A DNA stretch of 64,000 nt from a virus (lineage: Duplodnaviria > Caudoviricetes): positions 1,841 to 65,840 of the IMG/VR virus record IMGVR_UViG_3300017951_000002; one strand, written 5' to 3'. A program made the translations under genes and the position numbers. Of this stretch, positions 29,074 through 38,330 are shown piece by piece. Numbering within the stretch: position 1 is the first letter of the stretch; every line of letters starts with the position of its first letter. The notes beneath the pieces were generated by a model. The model saw only the letters and a list, made by a program, of their open reading frames with translations, did no database searches and was not told the DNA's origin.

Positions 29074-30385
29074 GCGATACTTGAGCCATCAACCAAAGGA
29101 GGAACCTATGACCACCATCACCCTGACCCTTGAGCTTCACCACAACAACCGCGTCATCAGCGGGCTTTACGACGTGGAAGATCACTTCACCATCGACTAC
29201 GGCTTCGCTGTCCGCCCTGGCGCCTTCCCTGGCAAGGATGTCGTCGACGTGACCCTGGCTGACCTTGACCTCGGTCGCTTTGATGCAGAGGGTGACGCCT
29301 ACATCTGCGACTTCCTCAACATCCTGCCTGGCGATCTCCTTTCCTGGGAGGCTGTTGACTGATGCAAACAGAAGCATGGACAACCGCTCTCGGCAGGGAG
29401 CTTCAAAACCTCAACTCACAAGGAGCCGATTTCAATGCCATTTACAGTCTCGAATGTCGCCTGCAGGCTGCGTTCAACCAGCTCAAGCTTATCCGCAGGT
29501 GCTACCACAAGCCGTGCCACGCACCTCATCTACCACAAGATTAAGAATTATTACGGTGTGTTGGTAGACGGCATGACCCAGTTCTCTGGTAGTTATGATG
29601 CCTGTGTTGACTACATCAATCTTATGATCACCTATGACTAACTACATCGTCTTCGGGGCCTACAGCTCCACTATCTGCGCCCTGGCAGGCTTTGCCTGCG
29701 GCTACATCTGGCAAACACTGATTAACGAGGAGGTTCTCAATGGCCCAAACCACCGCTGAAAAGAAGTCTCGCTTTGCCAGGGTCGCAGTGCCCCGCATCG
29801 AGACCGCCGTCAACCAGTTTAGGCTGATCGGCAACTGTTCCAGCAAGTCCAACTACGAATGGGACCAGCTGAAGCTCAAAAAGATTTTCGTCCACATCCT
29901 GGTCGCCGTCCAAGACTGCGCCACCAGCTTCGGTCTGGATGTCCACTTTACCATCGACGAGGTAGACTCCAAGGACCTTTACGACCCCAACGCTCTGGAA
30001 GAGTTTTTGAAATGAAAACCCGTGAACAGATCGTAGCCAAGCTCGCCAAGTGGTACCTTCGTGCCGAGGAGGCTGCCACCAGATCAGAGGCGGCCAAAGT
30101 GTTGCGAAAGATTAAAAAGCACGCCAAGCGTCTTGCCAAGCTGGACCTGACCAGCGATACTTGAGACATCAACCAAAGGAGGAACCAACCATGGCCTACT
30201 ACGCAATGCTCCTGAGCCCCGAATCCGCTGAAGCCTGCTCTTACGAAGGCCCCTTCTATAGCGAGCAGGAGGCTAGTGACTTTGCTGATTCCGCGAATGA
30301 CCATCTCGCCGATCGAGGTCTGCCCGCACTCTGGTCAGTCGTCTGATCTGTGATACAATTAACCCATCAACCAAAGGAGGAACCC
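29074..30385 (+). repeat. three copies of a promoter/leader cassette (CATCAACCAAAGGAGGAACC)
   Basis: Copies at about 29074-29106, 30154-30186, 30366-30385; the first two have TTGACC/TTGCCA-17 nt-GATACT. Confidence 0.75.
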
Positions 30386-30562
30386 ATGAGAAAGCGCATC
30401 GCCCAGTACCTCGGCCACACCGAGAACCGCATCCACCACTCCATCGTCAACGCCCTGCTCAACGAGCACAACGGCGACAAGTGGCTGGCACAAGAGTCCC
30501 GCCGCCGCGTCTACGACTGGATCGCCATCGCCCAGGAGCAGCATCAGGAGGACCACTTTTGA
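29108..30562 (+). CDS. cluster of small hypothetical genes (29108-29362, 29362-29544, 29740-30015, 30191-30346, 30386-30562 and others)
   Basis: Strong AGGAGG RBSs and coupled ORFs. Confidence 0.55.
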
Positions 30563-30758
30563 TGAACGAAGAATCCCGCCGCCAGCTGCGTCGTGCAAAC
30601 GTCGTGGCTCGTGGCTACATCCTGGCAGCCAAGTGCAGCAAGTCCAGGGAAAAAGCCTGCGAGGCTTTATGTAAAGCTTTGCTAATTTACGGCGTATGGG
30701 TTGCCAACATGGCAGTTCCTTCGCTACCATGAATACATCCACCACAGGAGAACCAACC

Positions 30759-31046
30759 ATGACCAACCCCCACGAAGCCATCACCGACGCCAAGCGTCAG
30801 ATCTTCCGCAACGCTAAGGATGCTGCTGGCAGCCGCTTCGTCAGCGTCAAGTTCCGCAAGGCCGACGGCACCAAGCGCACCCTGGTGTTCAATCCCCGCG
30901 ATATCGCTGGCATCAAGGGCACTGCAGAGGTCAACCCTGCAGTCACCTGCCGCGTCCGCGATATCACCCTGGGGCAATGGCGCAGCTTCAACCTTGACCG
31001 CGTCATCAGCATCAAGGTCAACGGCACATCCTTCAATTTCTTCTGA
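30759..31046 (+). CDS. SH3/WYL-like phage protein
   Basis: VKFRKADGTKRTL...WRSFNLDRV motif. Confidence 0.65.
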   Translation: MTNPHEAITDAKRQIFRNAKDAAGSRFVSVKFRKADGTKRTLVFNPRDIAGIKGTAEVNPAVTCRVRDITLGQWRSFNLDRVISIKVNGTSFNFF

Positions 31047-31245
31047 TCATGATCGACCCAGCAATTCAAAAGAAATTTGACGACCAGCGCTTCGAGCGCC
31101 TCAAGGAGGTCCTTGTGGAGTACCTTGACGACGATGGTGGCACTGCCACCAGGTTCCTTCACGACCTGGAACGAGCAGCACTGGAAAATTCCCAGTACTT
31201 CGTCAGCAGGGTCGATGAATACACTACTGTACGAGGCTTCTTCTC

Positions 31246-31734
31246 ATGATCAAACTCACCCCCGAGCGCACCTTTCGCAAAACCCCTGGTGTCCACTTCG
31301 CTGACATCGGGGTCCCTGGCTCCAACGGCATCGACCTGGTAGAGCACACAGGACCCTCTGTAAGCCCTCCAGACCGCGATCGACAGCCTACCTGGTATGT
31401 TCACGCCCATCAGGTCGACAACAACCGTGTGATCCACGGTGAGCGCCTGTTCGAGCTGTTCAATCCACAGTGGAACGACAAGCACTGGTTCGTCTTCCTG
31501 ACACCAGAATCTGGCGCCCTGGAGATACCTGTAGGCTGCTACCACCGCTCCTATAGCGGCAGGGCTGGTAGTCTACTACTCAACCACGCCATCAGAGACG
31601 ACGAATACGACGAGACGACGGAATTCGTTCCCCGTCTTCTGCCCATCGTCAACCAGTTCCCAACGCACTACCACGGCATCAACTTCTACGATGTCGAAAG
31701 TTTCATTGAAAACGGAGTCCGCACTCATGTCTGA
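31246..31734 (+). CDS. cupin-fold protein
   Basis: YVHAHQVDNNR...LEIPVGCYHRS cupin motifs. Confidence 0.7.
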   Translation: MIKLTPERTFRKTPGVHFADIGVPGSNGIDLVEHTGPSVSPPDRDRQPTWYVHAHQVDNNRVIHGERLFELFNPQWNDKHWFVFLTPESGALEIPVGCYHRSYSGRAGSLLLNHAIRDDEYDETTEFVPRLLPIVNQFPTHYHGINFYDVESFIENGVRTHV

Positions 31735-32490
31735 ACAGCTCTACCGCGTCACTTTAATTGACGGCAGCACCATCGAAGGCTTGACTTACGACGAGGCTAA
31801 CGAGTACTTCTATGGCTACGCGGGCTCTTCAGTGCAGCCCTGGCCTGTGCAGGAGTACGTTCCGCCTGGTACCAAAAAGTGAGGCTCACGGCGCGGCGAC
31901 AAAAGAACATCAGCGTCTACATCGGAGTGGCTGGCTACCTTGCCATGATCGTCTCTGGTAGCTTCATCGTCGGTGTGTGGAGCAAGCTTATCGCTGAACT
32001 GCTGCGCATTGCCTTCTACAGGGAGACTAAGGCGCCTGATATGGTAGGGCTCTCGCTCTTCTTCATCTGCGCGTCAACCATCACTATTGTCCTGGAGGTA
32101 TTTAAATGACTCACATCCTTGCCCTATACGGCTCCGCCGTACTGATCGCCATCCTGTTCGTCGGAATTGTTTTTTCATTCGTGGGGTTCGAGCAATGACC
32201 AGCGAAAGCAAGAAAACTGCCAAAGAAATGGTAGAGTACGCCGACATCCTGGCGGAAGAATCTCTCAAAGGGATGACTGGCGAGGAGGCTGTCAATATGG
32301 TCCGCAACTTCTGCGAGGTCATGGCAGACTGGCAGCCCAGTATCAAGGAGCTGGTGGATGAGCCTGTGATGTTAGGCATTCACTGCCTTACCGTCGCGGA
32401 ACTGTTCAAGCAGGCCTTTGTTAAGGGCTACGACCACACGGCTGACCGCATCGATGCGGTAGAGTCCATTAAAAAAGCATTTGATCAATC

Positions 32491-32913
32491 ATGACAACTC
32501 CACTCCAGTTTCTCCGCCGCACTGTTGGCGACTGGTCCAGCGAACGGCGATACCTATTCGCTCCCAAGCTCAATCCAGTCAATATGACCACCGAGTTCAA
32601 AATCGACGAGCTAGCCCATGGCGTGTTCCAGGTCATCTGGGATGGCCAGACATCAGGCACCATGGAACTGCGCCTTGACGGCGACGTGCTGCACCGCTCA
32701 CGGGACTACTTTGGTGAAGGCTCCCACAGCTCCAGGGTCGAAATGATCGATCCCGACTGCATCGTGATGCACACTGAATACGATGGCATCCGCTTTCGTG
32801 AAGAAATTCGTCTCTTTGAGCAGGATTGCTTCCGCCATCGCTACACTGTGGGAGTCAACATCCAGACAGGTCAACTGGCCTTGACTGGGTCCTATTGGGA
32901 GACACGCCAATGA
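32491..32913 (+). CDS. CpcS/CpeS-like phycobiliprotein lyase
   Basis: FLRRTVGDWSSERRY, RSRDYF, FREEIRL, RHR, SYWETR beta-barrel pattern. Confidence 0.7.
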   Translation: MTTPLQFLRRTVGDWSSERRYLFAPKLNPVNMTTEFKIDELAHGVFQVIWDGQTSGTMELRLDGDVLHRSRDYFGEGSHSSRVEMIDPDCIVMHTEYDGIRFREEIRLFEQDCFRHRYTVGVNIQTGQLALTGSYWETRQ

Positions 32914-33917
32914 CCACACCAAAGAAAACTGATCCACTGACCGCTCAAGAGGTCTCGACCGCCGCTGAGATCTTCTTCGACCTGTTCGACATCGTCTTGT
33001 CCCAGGCTCCCGAAGGCACCTCTATCGAGGACGCCATCAAGCTCTCTGAAAGCATTTTTGCCTACGCCCACAAGCTACGGGCCATCAATGCTGAGGAGAA
33101 CGCTTTCGCACCATTTGGCTTTAATAAAGGTTGCACCATTTCGCTTTAATAAAGGAGGTTCCAATGACTGATTCCGCCCGCTACACGCTGACCTACAACA
33201 ACCAAGAGGGTGTCAAGGTCGAGCTTTGCGTCAAAGCAGAGCACATCACTGAAGCCATCGAGGCTGCCCGCTCAGAGATCCCAGCCCTCAAGCTGTATCC
33301 TGGTCGCATCGTTTCCGTTATCCGAGGTTGTTCATGACCAAAACCGTTATCGCTGGCTCCAACGACAATCACTGCCTCAACCTGGCGCTGGAGCAGCCTG
33401 ATGCTGAGACCAACTTCAATGAGGCCCTGCCCTTGTATGGCGTCATCCTGCTGATGCAGGAAACTTCAGAGGATGAGGTCAATGACCTGTCCAGTGAGCT
33501 GCCGACCGACACCCACGTTGTCGTTTACCGTTATCCTGATGGTGCAGCAGGCTGTGACGCTGTCCGCAGTCACACTTCTAGTGACATCTTCGACGCCTAT
33601 CACGACGCTGGCCTGACGGTCCTCTCCATTAAGTCGGGGTGGGGCTCGATTAAGCCGAAACTTTGGCAGGACGCCAAGCCCACCTCTACCAAGAAAGCAT
33701 CATGATCTGGGATCTTTCTGACACTGGCGGCCTGATCCGCCTTGGACCCTTTGCCCTTCTCTGGCAAAATCCAGACAGCGAATACCCAGGCTTTACCACC
33801 CTGTCCCTGGGTGACTACAGCCTGGAGTTTGGCGAGATTGATGCTGGCAACGGTATCTTCGTCACTGTCTACGCTGACGGCGACATCCTGCAAACATTGC
33901 CTATTGTAAAGCTATGA
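32910..33917 (+). CDS. cluster of small hypothetical genes (32910-33149, 33164-33337, 33334-33705, 33702-33917)
   Basis: Coupled + strand ORFs (ATGA overlaps). Confidence 0.55.
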
Positions 33918-34050
33918 CCGCTGCCGCACCCACCCAAGACGGCATGGGCTATTATGTGGTGGTAGGGAATAGGCGAGCATTCGTCAGCTCTTACCACCTG
34001 GTCCCAGACAAGGAAGCCCAGCTCAAGCGTCTCAACAAGGAGGACAACCA

Positions 34051-34563
34051 ATGATCAAACAGCTCGCCGCCCTAGCCTTAGCAGGCTCCGTCACCCTCGG
34101 CTCCGCCTCGGTTGCCGTGGCTCAAGAGGTAAAGTATCAGCCATTTAATAAGGCTGAGGTAAATTTTTTATTACGCACCGTCACTGAAACGGGTCATGCT
34201 GTTTATAGTGGTGGTAATTGGTGTGACCCACAGCGTGCCTATGGCTTTGCCACTGCTAATAAGCAGTTAGTGATCTGTGTGGACAACCATGGCGATGATT
34301 TGGATGAACTTGCGGATACCGTAAGGCACGAGGCATTTCATCTGGCGCAGTACTGCAAGGCACGGCGTGTAGGGGCCAGTATAGCATTGATCTTTCCCGA
34401 TACCACGGATGATTCGATAGCACTTGCAAGGGAACTGGGAATGCCGATGCAGAGGTACAATGAAAGTCAGTATGCTTTTGAGGCTGAGGCCCGTGCTGCT
34501 GCGTTTGCATTGAACGAGCGGCAGATTGCTGCTGTTTTGAAGGAGGAGTGCCGCTATGATTGA
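34051..34563 (+). CDS. secreted HEXXH zinc-metallopeptidase-like protein
   Basis: Signal peptide; TVRHEAFHLAQYC; EAEA third ligand. Confidence 0.7.
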   Translation: MIKQLAALALAGSVTLGSASVAVAQEVKYQPFNKAEVNFLLRTVTETGHAVYSGGNWCDPQRAYGFATANKQLVICVDNHGDDLDELADTVRHEAFHLAQYCKARRVGASIALIFPDTTDDSIALARELGMPMQRYNESQYAFEAEARAAAFALNERQIAAVLKEECRYD

Positions 34564-34748
34564 ATTGGTACTGCTTGCGTTTATTACTCTGTTCATATTT
34601 GCATGGAGGATTTCCGAATAAAACGCACCATCATTGCTCCAGGATACGGTCAAGAAGCTACTACACCCGTCAGCCTGGCTGTTCCGTTCTCCCAAGTGCC
34701 AAAGAAGTAATCACTACCCAAGGTACTAGCAAGTGCCAAGGGCGGTGA

Positions 34749-34950
34749 TTTTTTTAAAATATTTTTTTTTTAAAATAATTTTTTTTTTATTTCCCCCCCC
34801 CTTATTCTCTTGACCGATACCTGCGGTTGCGCAACCTCAGCTATCGCTGACCGATACCTCAGCTATCGCAAACCGATACTTCAGCTATCGCAAACCGATA
34901 GTTGCGCTATCGCACATCTATATATATATACTCTAATATATAAAGACATT
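34749..34950. repeat. iteron-like array B with flanking AT-rich tracts (putative origin)
   Basis: Poly-T tract 34749-34792; CCGATACCTCAGCTATCGCAAA-type units at 22-bp period 34814-34913; CACATCTATATATATATA. Confidence 0.75.
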
Positions 34951-35329
34951 AATACGTGAAAAACAACAACAGAAAGCCTCTCAGAGAGCCGTTAGCATAG
35001 GTCTATGACACATACCACCTAGCAGAGGGTAGAGGGGCCTTGTAGGGGCTTCTAGGGGGCTTAGAATGGACCTTGCGAATAGTTGGCATGTGGGTAGTGT
35101 ATATAGTTACTCTGTCAGCACTGAGGTGGTGGGGGCAAGATCCTAGTGGATAGGTAGAGGGGGACGGCGCCTGTTACCAAACTTTACACAAAATTGATAC
35201 AGCGTAACATTTCGACTACTGATGGGGCCAGGCGGGGGCAAAAGCATTGCTAATACTACGTTTTGTGACGAACGCGGGGTGATAGTGAACGGGCCGTGAT
35301 AGTGAAAGGGAGGTAGTGGGTGGGTGACT

Positions 35330-35439
35330 AGTACGAATGTACTATAGTACAAATGTACTACTCCTTAACATTTCTTAACAATAGTACACCTGTACTACCT
35401 GTGGAAAAACCTGTGGAAAACGGGTAGTACATATGTGCC
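35330..35439. promoter_or_regulatory. four cyanobacterial LexA-box-like sites and two DnaA boxes
   Basis: AGTAC-N3-TGTACT at 35330, 35346, 35383 and degenerate at 35426; TGTGGAAAA (TTTTCCACA on minus) at 35400 and 35412. Confidence 0.65.
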
Positions 35440-35558
35440 TGAGTATTTCTACCTATCTGCAAATGAGAATCATTCGCAAAAAGATCGTAATAATTCGTCA
35501 CATAAAAATGAGCACAAATACTCATGGCCCTGGGGGCCGTATGGGCCATTATGGGGAT

Positions 35559-35661
35559 GGTCAGCGATGACCCCTCGGCCGTGAGATGAGAGCACGGCAG
35601 CCCTGGCACCTGAGGCGCGATCACGCGGTGCACTTGAGAGGCTCCTTCGGGAGCCTTTCTT
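35559..35661 (+). ncRNA. candidate ~100-nt structured small RNA
   Basis: Early-type promoter upstream; hairpins GGTCA/TGACC, GCCGTG/CACGGC, GCACC/GGTGC; terminator GGCTCC-TTCG-GGAGCC-TTTCTT. Confidence 0.4.
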
Positions 35662-35748
35662 GTTGGGTAAAAATACCCAGATGCGACTCATTCTCAATAG
35701 GCGTATGCGAAAAATCCCCGAATCTCGCGACTCAGGGATCTCTCAGAT

Positions 35749-35991
35749 TTAGAAGGGGAGCTTTCTTAAGGCTTTCTTCACTCGTCGGTTTCGGTAGAAG
35801 TCGGGCGACCGTGCCCGCCGCTGGCCCAGATAGGGCTTTTTACCTAGTGCGATCTGGGTAGGGGTGAGGGGCTTGATCTGCGCGGCCTGGGAGGAGAGGC
35901 CAGGGGTCCGCGGTGGCGGCGGCTTGGTAGTGTCGCGGGTGGCCAGGGAGAAGGCGGCCGCGATGACCGCCAACGTCAGGGCCTCAATCAC
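35749..35991 (-). CDS. small membrane-anchored early protein
   Basis: 80-aa ORF coupled to the upstream gene. Confidence 0.5.
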   Translation of the reverse strand: MIEALTLAVIAAAFSLATRDTTKPPPPRTPGLSSQAAQIKPLTPTQIALGKKPYLGQRRARSPDFYRNRRVKKALRKLPF

Positions 35992-36590
35992 TTAGTCACG
36001 CCATGGATGCGGCGCCAGGTGACCCAGGTGATCGCCTGGCAAGCGCTAGGAGTGATCCCCAGCTCATCAGCTGCGGCCTGGTAGTCTGCCTTGATCTCAC
36101 GGCGAAGCTTGACGCCAATAGCGGGGACATCAGCGAGGCCTGTCCGATTGGCTGCCCAGATGCAGAAGGCATGGCCATCGATACAGACATCGTTAATGCC
36201 TTGGATGCAGCTGTAGAATTCCTTAAGCTTGGGGCCTGACAGAATGGCCAGCACGTCAGCGTCAGTCAGCACGCCAGCGGCCAGGATCCTGATAGCTTTA
36301 GCTTTGTTAGCTCCGAACGTGCAGACCTTCGTGAGCATGGCCTGCTCAGCGCCGCCAGCCTGGAAGGCAGCGATCAAGGAGTCAGCATCCTGTACGTTAC
36401 GTTCCCACCGATTGCGAGGCGATAGGGCAGCAATAACGCCAGCTGCTTCTGCTGGATGGATGCCGTGCTTGCTAGCGAGGACGCGGGCAATCTGGCGGGC
36501 GTTGGGATACCACGCGACGCCGTCTTGCTTTTCGGTCAGTGTGGCCAGCTGATAGATGGCTTTGATGTTGTCGACGTTGGTGCGGGTCAT
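35988..36590 (-). CDS. conserved phage protein, helix-hairpin-helix glycosylase-like fold (DUF7178-like)
   Basis: WY, VIAALSPRNRWERN, GPKLKEF, CIDGHA, QAITW motifs. Confidence 0.6.
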   Translation of the reverse strand: MTRTNVDNIKAIYQLATLTEKQDGVAWYPNARQIARVLASKHGIHPAEAAGVIAALSPRNRWERNVQDADSLIAAFQAGGAEQAMLTKVCTFGANKAKAIRILAAGVLTDADVLAILSGPKLKEFYSCIQGINDVCIDGHAFCIWAANRTGLADVPAIGVKLRREIKADYQAAADELGITPSACQAITWVTWRRIHGVTK

Positions 36591-36663
36591 GGCTGAGTGC
36601 CTTTGATTGATGTCTTAATGGTAGCGACTGAAGGGGCCCTGTGACGGGCCCGTTAACATCTCT

Positions 36664-36840
36664 TCAGAATTCAGATTGGTCGGCGCGGTGGCCCATGGCC
36701 CCGTGCAAGTAGCGCTCAAAGGTGGCCTGGCTGTCGTTGCGCAGGCTGCGGGGCAGGTACTGATCCAGGAGACGGTTGGGCTGGCTCATGCGGGCAAGCT
36801 GGGCGGAGAAGTCTTGATGGCTGTTGTAGGTGTTGGCCAT
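36664..36840 (-). CDS. small early protein
   Basis: Read by hand: MANTYNSHQDFSAQLARMSQPNRLLDQYLPRSLRNDSQATFERYLHGAMGHRADQSEF; own promoter and AAGGA RBS. Confidence 0.65.
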   Translation of the reverse strand: MANTYNSHQDFSAQLARMSQPNRLLDQYLPRSLRNDSQATFERYLHGAMGHRADQSEF

Positions 36841-36946
36841 GGGAGCGGGTCCTTTGTGGGTAGTGGGGGATCTGTCTCCCCCGTGTCTCTAATATAGTCG
36901 ATTGGGGGCCGTTGCCTAGCCCCCAAACCTTAAGAAAACCTGAGAA

Positions 36947-37108
36947 TCAAAAGGAGTAGAAGGAAGCGGTGTGGGCATGGGCGGCGGCTTCAGATTCGAT
37001 CTCGTCAAGCAGCTGGATCAGCTCACCGTCAGTCTCGGCACCGCCCAGAATGGCTCCCAGCTCTTGAAGCTCGGCAATCAGCTGGTCGCGGTCCTGTTGG
37101 TCAAGCAT
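36947..37108 (-). CDS. small acidic early protein
   Basis: MLDQQDRDQLIAELQELG...; own promoter and RBS. Confidence 0.6.
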   Translation of the reverse strand: MLDQQDRDQLIAELQELGAILGGAETDGELIQLLDEIESEAAAHAHTASFYSF

Positions 37109-37499
37109 GGTTCGGGTCCTTGTGGGTGGTGGGGGATCTCTCCCCCTTGATCCCAATATAGTCGATTGGCGGCCCCTGCCTAGGGGTAGAAATACCTATT
37201 CTTGAATTCTGTTACATTTCTTCACAATCTATAGGGTCTACCTCCAATCTAGCACTGGGGGCCGCGGCCCTGTCCAGTGGGCTCGCAAAACTTAACATTT
37301 GGGCTAGGGGTATTTCATGGCAGGGTCGGTGTCGATGTCTTTTCGTCTTCAAGGCTACCCCGCCTCTCGTTCGGTTTTTCGGTCGGGGCCCTCCCGCCCT
37401 TTCTTCCCCAATTGTAAGCACAAAAAGGGGCCCCTTGCGAGGCCCTCCACATTTCTTAACATTTGGGGCTTGCTTGGCTTTGCCCCGTGGCCGCGGCGA

Positions 37500-37640
37500 T
37501 CAGCGCAGGCTGGCCAGATAAGCATCCCGACGGGCGGCCAGCTCCTGAGGGGAGGGGAGGCGGCAGGCGGCCTGCTCAGCATCACGCAGGGCTTGAGCGA
37601 ATAGGGCAAGCTGGCGGGCAGAAGGGCGGGCGTTGGACAT
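37500..37640 (-). CDS. small early protein
   Basis: Read by hand: MSNARPSARQLALFAQALRDAEQAACRLPSPQELAARRDAYLASLR. Confidence 0.5.
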   Translation of the reverse strand: MSNARPSARQLALFAQALRDAEQAACRLPSPQELAARRDAYLASLR

Positions 37641-37722
37641 GGTAGTTACCTTGGGTTGATTGGTAGGCCCGAAGGCCAGAGGAGAGGGATCCGACTCTGA
37701 GGTGTCCCTCTCCTGGATTGTA

Positions 37723-37914
37723 TCAGATCTCGGGTTGATCTGCGCGGTAGCCCATCAGGGTGTGGAGAGCTTCGGCTGCGTCTTCCCTCATCTCAGGCTC
37801 GGGGCGGTAGGTAGTGGGGCGGTAGCACATACCATCAGCGAGGCCCTGGCAGAAGCGGAAGGCCTCTAGGTACTGTTGCCGAAGACTGGTGAGCAGGTCG
37901 TGGGAGTGGGTCAT
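37723..37914 (-). CDS. small early protein
   Basis: 63-aa ORF; promoter TTGGCA-17 nt-TAACTT. Confidence 0.65.
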   Translation of the reverse strand: MTHSHDLLTSLRQQYLEAFRFCQGLADGMCYRPTTYRPEPEMREDAAEALHTLMGYRADQPEI

Positions 37915-38015
37915 GGTTGGGTCCTATGGTTGGTGAGAGGTGTTCCTCTCATGTCCTTAAGTTAAACGATCGGGGGCTGGCTGCCAACCCCCTAAAGCTT
38001 AAAAGAATCTGAGAA

Positions 38016-38330
38016 TTAAACCCAGATCGTCTCGGGCTTGGTGATCTGCACTAGAACGCAGTCCTGAGCCGCGGCATCCTTGTATTGTTTGCAGAACTTG
38101 CTGACGGCATCGCGGTGGGCTTGGCCTTCCCCGATGACGGTGATGACCAGGGACGGCTCATCGATCAGGCCGCGCTCTGGAGACTCCCAACGACCGACCG
38201 CTTCGGTGACCGTGTGGCCTGAGGGGAAGCGGACGCCCGCGAGAAACAGAGCGGCTTCCTTGGCGGCCTGAATGCTGAGGGTAGGGGATTCGAGCCCGAC
38301 GGTGATTGTGTAGGTGGTTGCGTTGGACAT
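38016..38330 (-). CDS. DUF3574/SAM-lyase-like early protein
   Basis: FPSGHTVTEAVGRW...IDEPS...YKDAAAQDCVL pattern; promoter TTGCCC-17 nt-TACCTT. Confidence 0.55.
   Translation of the reverse strand: MSNATTYTITVGLESPTLSIQAAKEAALFLAGVRFPSGHTVTEAVGRWESPERGLIDEPSLVITVIGEGQAHRDAVSKFCKQYKDAAAQDCVLVQITKPETIWV

Noticed and set aside
29633-29644. ATGACTAACTAC as a self-target of unit 5 (predicted ATGACTAACGTC)
   Set aside because: Two mismatches in 12 bp, expected by chance in 64 kb
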